Source: Proteromonas lacertae
Lineage: Eukaryota
DNA length: 64,000 bases
Assembly: GCA_002245135.1 (NCBI GenBank)
Contig: NGBS01000001.1
Coordinates: 496,001 to 560,000, forward strand
Direction of reading: 5' to 3'
Every line of letters begins with the position of its first letter. The stretch's first letter is position 1. Below, piece by piece: positions 1 to 15,000 of this stretch. The notes below the pieces were generated by a model. The model was not told the origin of the DNA, searched no databases, and saw only the letters and a program-made list of their open reading frames with translations. The translations under genes were made by a program, and so were the position numbers.

Positions 1-3000
1 TTTCCCTATTTCAATTGATGTATTTATCATCTGAATTTCATCTTTCCATGCAATATTCACCTGTTTATACAATTCTGAACTAAATGATGGATTTATATCA
101 TATTCTATTATATATTTACTAATATTTCTACCACCATTGTATAATGGAGCTCTATAATAGACATAAACTCTGTTACTATAATCCTTTGGATTGATTATCA
201 ATGATAATGGTTCAGTTGATGGATATTTATCTTCTAATGTAAATGTTATTATGGATTCTTCACTATTTGGTGTATCTGCATTATTATGAGCTATTATTGA
301 CACATAATACTCTTTATTAGGTTCTAATCCTGTTAATAAAACAGTATTTGGATTTCTACCATCTGGATAAACCACTTGACCTTTCGCTCCAATTCCTTTG
401 ATATTGAACTTGACACTCAATTTTGTATAATCTATACTGTTAAATCCAAATAACAATCTAATCTTTGAACCTGGTGGTTTACGATATACATCAACAACTG
501 TAGCTTTCACTTCACCATCATTATAATCTTCTTCATCTTCTCTTTCTCCTAATTTTTCTTCTATCTCATCCATAATTCTATCAGTTGTTGTATAATTAGA
601 TGATAATATATAATAATCATCTTCTATACCAATAATTTGATAATTCTTATTATTTATAGTAATTATCATATCTTCTTCGATGTTATCATATAATTTTGAG
701 GGATATAAATACCAAATATCACTATCATTCTGAACTAAAATAGCTTTATCATCTAACTGTTCACTAATTGGTAATACACTTGAATAGAAGTAATCTATAC
801 CATCCATTGATGTGAAATACTTTTCTATTCCTTCAGTATTGATATTATCACAGGATATAGTTAAGTTATTATCATCATAATCTATTGAAAATTCTCCTGT
901 TATTTCTCCTACATCTGCTGTTACTGTTATATATAAAGGTCTCATTATTATTATATCGCATGAAATATGTTGGGTATTTATATACAACATATTCTCTATT
1001 CTATTTGTATTGAAGATAATATCATAAACAATTAAGTGTCTTGGTTTTCTTACTTCTGTTGTTCTTGTTATTGAAACATCAATACCAAATACATCATTAA
1101 ATAATTTCTCTAATTCTTCAGGTTCAACATCAACTTTAATATTTGAAATTGTTAATTCATTATTATATATTATATCAAAAGTTCCACTGATTACTTCATC
1201 ATTAATTGTTATAATCACAATACTTTGAATATCTGAATTCTTTGAACATATTGATGGTGTTTCTACCAAGTTATGATAAGTATTACAATTATCACCACTA
1301 GATCCAACTTGAATTGTCTTTATTTCACCACTTCTTTTGTTTATATTCTTATTCTTATATACTATCTTATTATTATTACTTTCATATTCTTCATCACTTT
1401 CTTCTAATACACTCAATAATCTATTGTTACTATTTGGATTGGTATATTCACCATATGTAACTGTATAATATGTAATAGGACTTCCATGACTATTTGGTTC
1501 ATTAAATGATAATATTGCTTCTGTTGGAGATACTGGTGTAATTGTCAAATTACTTGGTGAATCTGGTCTTGATTTTGGTGAAACTGTCAATAATGATGGG
1601 TTGTGTTGAATAATCTTATAATGTGATAAACCATAACCATTTAATTTCTTACTATAGCTTGATACTCTAAAGTGATATGAATAATCACTATTTAAATAGG
1701 GTATTACTATATCTTTATGTTCAGGTTGGACTAATTGTTGTATTGTTTCTACTGAACATTTATAATTCCATACATTACAGTCAGCTTTCAATTCTTTTTC
1801 TTCCATTAATGATAAAAATGTGATTGTAAATACTTTGTAGGTATTTGTATCAATAACTGTTGTTACATTTACTAAACCATAATCAAATGAATATTCAAAT
1901 TGGAACTTTATATCTTCAGAGTTTGAATTGTATGGAATTTCTATATCATTTAATGAATAAGATGGTAATGAATCTATTCCATTATTTCCTCTTTCTAAAC
2001 GAATAGTGAATTTGAATGATTGTGGAATAAACGAGTTTGGAATGATTGATTTTTCGTAATTTAAATCATCTAAATCATCAGGATATCCTTGTTGTTTAAT
2101 TTTATAAGTAATCTTATATTGTGAATAGACTTTAAAATCAATAAATGGTGGTAAGTTATGTAAAGATAAGAATGAAATATGATAATTGGAATTACCATAT
2201 TCTGTTGGACCATTTGATGTTACATTCACTTTACCAATTCTTGGCAATCTTTCTAATATATCGCTCAATCTTTCAGCATCTGATGTTAATGGAATATTTT
2301 CAGAATGTTCTAATTTATATACAAGTGTATGTGGTTTTATTTCTTTTGGACATTCTGGTGAAATAGTTTTATCTTCATTATTATACTCATAATAATTATT
2401 ATCAAAATACAATACTTTATTATCATTACTAATTGGTCTATCTGATTCAGTTAATTCTAATTTATTTCCTTTACATGATTGTATTTCTCCTACAATAGTA
2501 TTATATCTATATATCTTTCTATTATTCTCTTCAAATGTATTTTCTAAATAAGAATCTAAATAAACTATATCACCAATTATATCAATAACTGTATATTGAA
2601 TCTCACCAAGTTGAATTACTTCAGTAATAAATGGTTTACTTCCACTAACAATAGTAATATAATTATCACCTTTTCTACCACTAAATGATATATTTGATGA
2701 TGTAAAGTTACTTATTTCACTTAATCCAATAACAATATAATCTTTATTTTCATTTATTACATTATTTATCATCGATGTTTTAATATCTAATGATGGTTTT
2801 ACTATTCCTTTTGTTCCATCAGCTAATACATTAATCTTCAAGTCAGTAATATTGGCTGGGTTGTTACATCCATTTGTAATAATTATCAACGAGTTACAAT
2901 TACCATTTTCATCAATTTCACCATCAAATGTAATTACATAACCCTTTTCATTACTTCCTACTGTAACATGTTGGATTGTTGATAATAAATTCAATTGCTT

Positions 3001-6000
3001 ATCCAATTCTTTACTATTTCCATATTCAGCTTTGATACATGATGTACTTTCTCCATTATAATTCAATTTATAATAACCTGATAAATTATCTATCACTAAT
3101 TCTTGTTTTTCGTATATTTGATAATCATAATCAATCTTAAAATGATCAATTATACTTCCTTTACTTCCATATACTGACTTTATATCTGGAATATCGAATG
3201 ATACTTCAACATCACTATCACTGGATGGAGTTAATTCAATATTGATTGGTGGATTTGGATAATCACTTAAATATATTGGTCCAATTGTGTTTGGTAAACT
3301 ATTGAATGAATTATCTAATGAATCACTTTCTGGTATTGTTATTACTCTCAAATAATATGCTCTTCCAGGTATTAAATTGGTTATATTATAATTCAATGAT
3401 TCTGTTATATTACCACCTAATGCTTCATATTTCTCAGTTTTATTTCTACTTACTGATGATGTAAATGTTGGTAAATAATCCCATTCTACTTTATATCCTT
3501 CAATATCACTTTCGTTTAAATAATATGGCTTTATTCCATCCTAAATATATTGAATTCAATGTTGTGGAAATTACATTGACTGATTCTGGTGGTAATGCTT
3601 TAATTGAATCAATTGTTTTTGTTACATAATTTGTATAAATATAATCAGTTTCATGATTTATATTACTAACACTCAATTTACATTCATATTTTATCTTTTC
3701 ATCATCATCATCACCAGATATTTCTATTGGATATAATGTATTGTATGGTAAAATAATAGGATTTGTTTCAATTACTGTAAATATATCACTATTATAATTA
3801 TTCAATCCAATATTATCTATTTCTAACATATTTCTTACATCATAATAATAAACTAATGATTTAAACACTAAATCATAATAATAACCATTTAATATTCTAT
3901 ATCTATTAATCTCTACTGATTTTATTGTATTAATACTTCTTTCAATTATTTCTTTCATCTCTTTTGCTGTAGTAAATATAGGTATTGGATCAGAATATTC
4001 TCCATTATAAATCACTCTGAAAGTACCACTTATTGTATTAATATTTGTTGATTGTGGTAATTGTATTAATATTCTATAACTTGGTTCTGGTAAGGATGAT
4101 TTAATATAAGGACTTGTTATGTTATGATAAATATTATACTTCTTTCCATCACTTACTTTCTCTTGAGAACATTCTAAATAGAAATACTTCAAATCTTCAC
4201 CACCTGTTGTCTTTACTTCACTCCAATGTACTAACATATAACTTGAAGTGTAAGGCCTTATAATGAAATACTGTGAATTGATTGGTGTTCTAATCTGTGG
4301 ATTTACATATATTGGATGAGAATATTGACTACAATAACTACTACTACTACTACATGCTCTTACTCTAACATATATCAATTCACCTGATGGTAAGTTATCT
4401 AATAAAACTCTATAGTAATCATGAACTAATATATCAGTTTTGTGGTTGTTATTATTACTACTCAATTCATTATTATTTGCCACTATTTTTGAGGCTTTAT
4501 CTTGTAGAGATTTGAATGTAATTAACCAAATGTTATTATTAACTGTTGTTGCTTCAATTGTCTCAGTGTGAATAACTCCAACTTCTTTATAGTATTTATT
4601 TAATAATACTGTCAATTCTTCTGATTTTATCTCTGAATCTATTGGTCCAATCTTTATATTTTTATAAATAGGTATTCTTAACGAATATCTATTTATTTGA
4701 CCTAAGTATGATGTAATTACTTCATAATCCTTAAATGATCCTAATAATATTTCATTTCCATTTCCTTTGCTATTAACTCGATATAATGATTTATCATCTA
4801 TTAAATCACCAACACAAATATAATCACCTATCTCTAAATCAACTTTCATAGATATATTCTTATATGTAAATTGGGTTATATTACTTCTATCATCATCATC
4901 ATCATCATCTAATTCTATATATCCAATTAGGTTATTCAATCTTAATAAATAACCGTTCGTAACAATATCTTCTGTTTTCAATGTATATCTAATTGATGGA
5001 TTATTCATTTTACAAACATATATCTTTCCTTTATCACTTCTCTCTTGAATATGTGGAATATTATCACAAACTCTGTATTCTCTTCCATTTATCTGTATAT
5101 ATTCAGTTTCTAATGGTAATTTATCTTCACTTACACCATTATCTATAATAAAATAATCATTTCCATAAACACCATTAATACAATGTTCACATATTGGATT
5201 AACATAATCATATTTTCCTTTACATTTATTAGATAGATATAAATATATATCACCTTCTACTCCTCTAAATTTACCACCATTCTCCACTTTTTGTATTTCG
5301 TGACTAGATTCTATTTTCATTGATTTTACATTCTTAGTAAATGCAATATCTACAGCCGTTTCTAATTCATAATACTTTATCTCTTCACCTCCATTATAAT
5401 TTGGTTCTGTGAATGATACAGTTATTGCAGTATCATTATATAATTCATAGTTAATGTCAGTTACAACATCAGGATCTTCGATATAATAATAATTAATTGG
5501 ATTTGATGTAATACCATAACCTCTTGTGTTCTTAGCTGTTATTCTGAAATAATATAAACTACCAGGAATTAAATCATTTACTATTGTTGATAGATTCTTT
5601 ATTCCTTCTATTCTTCTGTAATTATTTGGTGATAATCCTGGTATTACTTTTATTTCACATTCCATATCTTCTGATACTACAGATATTTTATTATCTTCTA
5701 CTTCATAATCATTAATAAATGTTATTTTCAATGTATCATTTTTACCTTCTACTTTGATATTTCCTATTGATGATAATTGCTTAAGTGCAACTTCAATTTC
5801 TTTTACATTATCTGTAGATGTGAATAAACGTGTCTGTGGACGAGTATAACAATTTGATGGAATTTTATTAAATGTTCCATTCACAGTAATAACTGTATTT
5901 GATTCTATATCCTCTATCTTGTAATATTCATTATTTTCACAATATATTACATCATTAACCATTAAGTAACTGGCAAAATGTGGATCTATATTAACACTTG

Positions 6001-9000
6001 TTTTTACATTTCTTTTATCATTCTCTACAACACTTACTATTGGTAATTTAACATCATAGTTTCCATAAACAATCTTGAATTTTCCATTATTATCATCTAT
6101 AAATGTAATATCTATTTCTTTAAATCTACCGAATAATGGTTCTACTAAATAAGAAGTATAATATTCCAACATATATTCTGTTAATGGTTCACTATGATCA
6201 GATGGAACTGTCCATTTCACATTTAATGTATTCTTTCTCTCAGTATTTGGTGATATTTCATAGATTGTGGGTAAACCAACTGGAGATATTGTTGTTAATA
6301 TATAACTTGGCTTCTGTGGATATAAATGAACTATAACCAATTTCATTGATTGTAGCTAATCTTACATAGTAGAATCGATTTGGTAATAAGTCTTTTAATA
6401 TCACTGTACCAGTTTCTTGTGTTAAAATTCTTTCAGGATTTTCAAAATTCTCATTTGTTGAGTATTGAATTTCATAGTATATAGTATAATTATTAATATA
6501 ACCACCAATAAATTTGGGTTGTTGATATTGTACAATTAAAGATGTTAATTCATGAGGATATAAGAATGGTTTACAGTAAACACAATCATCTATCAATGAT
6601 CTTGGAGGATCTGGTAATTCATATTCAGTAGGATAGCTTTACTGGATTAGTTAATAATGGTAAACTTACACCTTGTTTATTCACTGCATATACTCTATAA
6701 TAATATGTTTCGCCTGGTTGTAAATCATTGATTATGTATTTATATGGTATTTCTGTTGATGAAAATATCATTTCTTGTACTTTCTTTTCACTTTGTATAT
6801 CCAATTCTCTTAATTCTCCTGTTGCATGTTCATCTATTTCAACATCACATCCAGCAGTACCATTAATATCAAAATCATTAATAGATATATTGTAAGAATG
6901 GAATGTAATTTTATAAGTTAATGATTTTTGTCCTTTTTCTATTGATACTTTTCCCAATCCATGTATATTCTCGATACATTGTTTTATCTTTTCATTACTG
7001 TAAGAAATGTAAATATCAGAACTTGGTTCTCCTTTATAGAATAAATTGAAATGTTCATCTTCATTATCAATATCATCTTCTTCTATATTACTATTACCGC
7101 ACTTTTCAACTGTTATAGATATTGTTACATCATCTTCTGGCATAAACTCCACTTTCGATTCTTCATATACATATTTAATAATCTCTGTATTTCCTGTATA
7201 TGTTGGTGGTGTAATTAATAAAACTAATGAATTACTTCCACTGTATCTAATTGGATTATTCTGTAATGCAGTTGTTGGTTCTGATGGTATTCCATACAAT
7301 ACTGTTTGTGATTCATACCATTCGCTATAACCTAATGAAGTTAATGTTCTAATTCTGAAGTATATTTCTACACCAGTTCTCAAATTATCATAAGATAATC
7401 TATATGAAGTAGTCTCATCTGTGAAATTAGTGGCTAAAGACTTTTCTATTACTTTATAATCTTTATCATAAGAATATTCAATATGGAATAAAATTGGTTC
7501 AACACCACTTTCATTAAATACCTCATATTTAAATGTCAATTCTAATGATGTAGCTGTATAATAATTAGTTGTAATAAAAACCTCCTAATTTAAATTCACT
7601 TGGATATTGAGGTATTTGTCTTGGTATCATTGATGCAATACAATAAGGCAATGATTCTGGACATCTTGGCTTTGCTTCTGTTGCTGATCCTTCTTGTCCA
7701 TTATTCGCATATACTAATACATAATACTCACCTTCTGTTAAACTACTAATTATATGAGAATAAACACCAGATTCAGTACCTTTTACAGTATAAGTATCAT
7801 TTCTTTCTATATCATCCTCTAAATTTGTATAACTGATTTTATAAGATTTTATTTCTTTACCATTATTAGTAAATGGAGCTGACCATATAATATTCAATTT
7901 TGTTTTATCATTTGGAACTGGTTCAGCATATACATCAAGTGGCGCTGATGGTGCTCCATTTGGACTTGTAGCATCTTTAGTAAGGTATGGAGTTCCTTCA
8001 CCTACTTCATTTACTGGAGTAATTTGGAAGTAATACTTAACACCAGCTTGTAAAGATTCAAATGAACTTGATATTCTCATTTGAATTGTGTTTGAATTTG
8101 ATGAAAATCCAAGTAAACTAGTATCAAATTTACTACATATCACTTCATTCTTAAATGCATAAATTGAAATGATTGTCTTTTCATTAACTGTTGTCATTCT
8201 TACATCAATACTTTCTCTACATACGTCATCAAACAGATCTTCAATACTAAGGATTATATTTTCATTTTCAGCTGTAATATCAACTACAACACTCTTTGTA
8301 CTATATGAAAGAGTAAACTATATTATCATTTTCTTTATCTTCTAATACTCTCATTCTGTTAATATTCTTATTATAAGATATTTCTATCGCTGGAACACCG
8401 AAATATGCTTTACATCCATCACTACATTCTTTCTCTACATCACCTAAATAATAATTATAAGATCCAACTGGCAAAGAACAATCATTCAATAAACACCATT
8501 CCATCTTATAATACTTAATTTTACTACCTCCATTAGTTGTTTTAAAACCATATTCATTTACTATTTGAGCATTCCATTCAACTGTAATAACACTCTTCAA
8601 ACCTTGAGCTTCTGTTTTCATATCAGATATCATATATGGTTTTTGTTTTGTTGGTATAATACTAAGTGGAGTTGGTAATCCAACAGAACTATAACCTAAT
8701 CCATTAGACACTCTCATTCTAAAGTAATACTCATTTCCTTCATTAAGACCAGTTATTATATATTTCGATGTATCTTCTGTTGTATTTGTACCAACACTTT
8801 CATTGTATGAATAATGTAAACTTCTTTCTATCAACCAAGTTTCTATATTTCCACTTATATACTCTGGTTTATCCCATAATAATCCTATTTCTGTATTACT
8901 CACTACTGTTAATCTTATATTCTTAGGAGGAGATGGTAAATAATCTCTTGTCATAATAAATGATTCATTCACTTTTCCTACAACAATTGGTGTAAATTTA

Positions 9001-12000
9001 CTCTCAATTAATTGTCTTGTTTTTGGATTATACTTTGGTGGAACATATAAATAATAACTTCCACCTTCTTCATCTTCATCTGTAGGAATATATTCTATTT
9101 CAACTTCATCAGTATTAAACTCTTCCATTGCTTTTAATTGTACATTCATCATACTATCTTCATCACCATCTTCTTCTATTTGATATTCATAAACAGATAT
9201 GTCATTATTTCTATCTGGTTTAAACAGTGATGGATCACCAGGACCGTATGAATTAACAGCCATTACTCTAAATCTATAATACTTATTACCATCTAAATTA
9301 GTTATTGTATAGGTAAAATCACTACTATTAATCATATTATCATATAGTATTGTAAATTCATTGTTAAAGTTATAATCATCAGAATATTCTATTATAAATG
9401 ATGTTATATTTGAACCACCACAATTATCAGGTAATGTCCAGTATAATTCAACACTTCCTTTCTTATATGACATTACTGTTAAGTTTGTAATTGCTCCAGG
9501 AATTGTTAATTGATGTGGTTGTGCTTTATATGAAGAATATAAAGGTTTACTTCTTCCATATTTATTGATTGAATATAATCTGAAATAATATGATTCTGTT
9601 GGTAATAAATCTGATAATATTATTTCATTTGGTATATTTCCATCATCTAATCTTATTACTTCTATCTTTGATCTTGTTCCTAATAATGTTCCACCATAGG
9701 AGAATGAATTATAATGTGGATTGGTTCTATTAGTATAATGTGTTGATACTAATAATGATGGTAACTCATATGTAATTGATTTGAATGTAATATCATAATA
9801 ATAACTGTAATATGGATAGATGTATGATATATCTTCTGATTTTTCTACTTCTACTTCTTCTATGGATGATAAATCTTCTAATATTTCTTTCAATTCTTCA
9901 ACACTTACATTAGTATGATATTATTCTTGATTCTTTTGACATAAATTTCAATCTAAAATCACCAATTATATCATTTCCATAGGATGATATTAATAATCTT
10001 TGTTTATTCAATGACTGGTTTTATTTCAATACTTTTCAATGGAATTTGATTTACTCCTGTTTCAATACTGTTAAATTCTGGATATGTTCCATCCTGAATT
10101 GAAGTAATATTAATACTAATTTCATTTCCTATCAAATTGTGTTTTACTTTAACTTCTGGTTGTAATCCAACAAAATCAGAAAATTTGATAATTATATCAT
10201 CAATATCACCTACTTTCTCATATTCTACTGTCAAATAAGCTAATTCTCTGATTGGTTCAAATGCATCTACTAATTGATTATATTCAATTGGATATTTTAT
10301 ATCTTTTGTACTTCTTGATTTGAATAAAATATTAAACACACCAGTTACTGCACCAGATAATTTCACATTTTGTATCGAATAATTTCCATTCTTATTATCA
10401 CATTCTAATAAATAACTCAATATTCTATCACCACCATTATCAAATGGTTTTGACCATGTTAATTTCAATGAAGTTGAATTTAATGATTCAATATTCAATG
10501 AATGTAATTCACTTGAAACAGATGATGGTATTGTCATTATTGGTCTGAAATATTCAAAATCACTATATCCTTCTTCTAAATAATAACCATTATTAGCTCT
10601 TATTTTAACAAAATATGGAACTTCATACTTCAATCCTTCCAGTATTGTTGTTTGTACTCTATTTTCCACATCAGCTGTTACTTGATAAACACTTGCTACT
10701 GCCATATTTGGTTCTTTACCTCCATAACAATTAATTAAATCATCACCATAACTATTTTTTAATTTTGGTGTAATATCTATACATTTGAAATCATTATGTA
10801 TTTGCTCTAAGAAATATATTTTATATTTTATATTTGAATCATCATCTTCTTTTATTTTATCAGTAATATAAACATCACCAACTGATGGTAAATTCTCTAA
10901 TATTAATCTTCTTAATTCATATACTGATATTGGGAATGTGATATCAATGCTTCTCTCTTTAAAATGTAATGTTAAGATTTTCTCATCATCATTTTCTATT
11001 TCAATTGTTTGAAATGAATATCCATCAAATGCTTTAGCTGTATGAATTACCTTTATATCTTTATCAACTATCAAATTATCATCATTTGAATTAATTGTCA
11101 TTAACTTCTCTTTATCATCGAATATATTCTTCAATTCAATACTGTATTTATGTCCATACAAATCAACTTGATATTCCTTTATTTCTAATTCTCCAATTGT
11201 AGGAATTTCTTTCAATGCTTCTTTCAAATCATCCGATGAAGCAAATACACTAATTTCTTTAGTTTCAAATCCATCATAAGTAATAGTATAAACTTCACTA
11301 CTTAAATTACTATACTCATTATATATTTCAATTGTATAAATATCATTCAATGAATATAATATTGTTTCTTCATTATACAGTTGCAATCCTTCATATCCCA
11401 TTTCTCTGTATAATATATCATAATATTTTATATTCTCACCATTTATATCACCACTTTCATACTGTAATAATAATGATGTATTGGAATATGATTCAATATG
11501 TAAATACTTTGGTTTTTCTGGTTTTCCAAATGGAATTACATATTCTGGTTCACTTACAGTATATCTTTCAGAAAACCCATGTACATTGTATGAAAACACT
11601 CTTACATAATACTTTACACCATTTATTAAATCTGGAATTATTACCACACAACTTTCATCAACACAATCAGTTGTTGTATAATAATCATAATGTAATAAAT
11701 TATCATAATCAGTGTAATAATTAATTCTGTATTTTGTTATTCTATCTGCACCATCTACTACTGTTCCTTTTACCTCTACTTTAATTGATTTTGATAATGA
11801 GGTTATTTTTACTGATTCTGGTTCATGTGGAATCTGTCTATTTGTTGATAATGATAAAGGCATTGAATATCGTGAATAACTCAATCCTCTTTCATTTATT
11901 GCACTTACTTTCACACTAATTGGTGTATCTACTGGAATATCTGCTATTATATATTCAAACTGATTGGATGGTAGTAATATTTGAGTGTATAAATCATCAT

Positions 12001-15000
12001 CTTTCCTTTCTCCTTCTGATATTTCTGCTTCATCTGTTGTATTTGTATCTACACATGTATATTCAAGAGTATAATTCTTTGGAACAAATGTACCAATATT
12101 CTTAACAATCCATTGATTATTATTATTACTACCTCTTACTAATACTTCATTTATATCTCTAAAATCTTCTAAAATCAATTTCAATGATTCTTTTGATAAT
12201 GAACTAACATCATAGAATGATGATTTTTCATCATTGTATATAAACTGAACTGTTTTACATATTAATTTAAATGAATATTCATCAAAACTTGGTTCTTTAT
12301 CACTTCTCCAATATTCAACCAAATATCCAGTTATTTCAGAACCATAGTTATTAGGAGATGGTTTAAATAATACTTTAATTGAATGAATTGATTCATCAAT
12401 ACTAACTCCATTCTTTGCTTCTATATTTTCAATGAAAACACTATCAAATGGTAATGGAGCTGGAGATGACATTGGAATTATCGTTTCTGGCATTGTTAAA
12501 TAAGGTCCAATTGTATTATTATATATAATAGCAACACTTATTTCATATGGATGACCTGGTATTAAATCATCTATTCTATAATTGAAATATTTCTCCAATA
12601 ATTCATATTTTGGTTTTGTTATATTATAAACTATTACTTCATTGCTAATCTGATCTACTAATCTAATTGTATAATTGAATATCTTTCCTTCATTATATGG
12701 TATTAAATAAAATACATTAACTGATGTATTACTCAATCTATTAGCAAAAACATGGTTAATATGGATATTTATTGGAGTTGCTGCAACTGGATCAATATCT
12801 GATGGTTTTGCATCCATACTTGGTCCTTCACCAACACTATTAACAGCAGTTATTGACACTTCTACTAATTCTCCCGATTGAAGATTAGTAATTTCATAAG
12901 TATAATAATCTACAGGAATCATTACATTAGTATAATTATAAACCTTTCCATTATTTTTACATGATAGTGAATATAATACAATATTTGAACCACCATCATC
13001 CATTGGTCTTTCCCATCTCACATAAACAGATGTTTCACTTGCTACAGATATGATGGGATTTCTTACAAATCCTGGTACTGTAGCTATTGTATTAATAACG
13101 TAAGTTGGTTTATTAATATCTTCAATTCTATGGAATAAGTAACATGATGGAATTGTCCTTGGTATTCTATCATTATCAAATTCCCATAATAGTTTTATAC
13201 TTCCCTTTTGTTTCTGTGTTAATCTATAATCAATAACAATTGGATATAATGTAAATGGTTGTAACTCTACAGATTTACTTCTATATTCACATCCATATTC
13301 ATTATTATTACATACTGATTTAAATTCATCTAAAATAATCTCATTCTCTATTGTTATTTTACATCCATCATATGTATTATTACATAAAAATGTGTATTTA
13401 TTATCACTTTGAGTTTTAATATATCCTTTCCATCTAACTGATATTATTTTATTAATATTATCAACTATTTCATTCTGCCAATAGAAATCAATAGTTTTAT
13501 CAATTCTTGTATATATTAGACTATCTTCTAATATATAATTGGATGAATAATATTCTCCAATTAATCCACCTGATACTCCTTTTGAGATGTTTAATATATA
13601 ATCATCACTATGAGGTGTAATATAACTCACTTTAATAAACGATTCTTCATCATTTGTATTATCATATTCATATTTTGGATGGATTATATCTTCTTCATTT
13701 CGCTTTAATATAATATAAAAATCACTTGATGGAGAATATAACTGTAGATTCACATCTTCACATTTTGTTGTATTTTTTACTTTTATAATATCATTCTTTC
13801 CTTTTAAGTAATATGGTTCTATATATATTGGATAATAAATATCATAATTATTCTTTATTGTAAATGTCATAATCATTCCTGAATTATCTAAACTATATTC
13901 AACAGTGAATTTAGTATCATAATCCCATTTATTCATATCTTCTTCAATATCTTCCTTTGATATTTCTGTTACATTAAACTGTATAGATTCATAATCATTA
14001 TATTTCAGTGTAAATATACCACTTTCTACACCACTAACAGTAAATACTTGTATTTGATCTTTAATACATTTTCTTATCATTACTTCAGGAATATTCGGAA
14101 TTATATCATATTCTGGTTTTTCATATTCAAATATGATCTTATATAATTTATTATTATTTCGAGTATTATTCATTATTTCTTCAATTCTAACTGGTGATAA
14201 TGTTGATAATTTATTCAATTCGGTTTGAATCACTTCTGCATTATCTGAACACTTTATTAAATTGGTTGTTTCTTTATTATATGATAATGTATAACCACAT
14301 CTATTCTGATTAGCTTTTGTTGATTTTGGTACAATCAATTGTTGTATTTCATTCTGTGGTTTTTCATACACTGAATTATTAAATCTATCTCTTAAATCCA
14401 TTAAGAAATAAGTTTCATTCTTATAAACACCAGTGTCCAAACCATTTTTATCATCTGGAATTCCATTATATGTATAAATATTATAACTATTAATTGAACT
14501 TGGATATATTGTTGTTGTATAAGGATAACTTCCATAATTATAATAGATATTTGAACTTGATAATATTCTTGGAATATTAACATTAGTAATTGATTCATCT
14601 ACATCATCACCATCACATTCAAGATTATTAATTAACTTAATTGCTTTTGTATGACCAATTAAGAATGGATTTAATAGATTATCATTCTCTTCTTCATTTT
14701 CACTTTCATTAAATGAATTTAATAATATATTAATCTTACCAATTTCACCTTCTATTATAATACCTGGAATATTAAATGTCAAATTTGTTTTAATATCTAT
14801 AAATGGTGTATCTGGATTAAATTCATATTCATATTCACTACCATATGTTAATATTAAACTACCATTATAATCAGCACATTGTGGATATGTAATATTAATG
14901 AATTGTGGTTTAATTAATGAATTATGTAATACACTATAACCTCCTTTTACTAATCTAGTAAAACTATCATTTTCTATTCTTCTATTTGCTTCACTACTAA

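Noticed and set aside
3506..9893. Separate FN3 genes or a decayed pseudogene
   Set aside because: No intergenic gaps or new signal peptides; repeats run across the junctions; no -1 lesions or isolated nonsense codons.
3506..10006. Stop-codon reassignment or in-frame readthrough
   Set aside because: The same frame closes again shortly after these stops; the protein continues in +1. TAA, TAG and TGA all end normal genes here.
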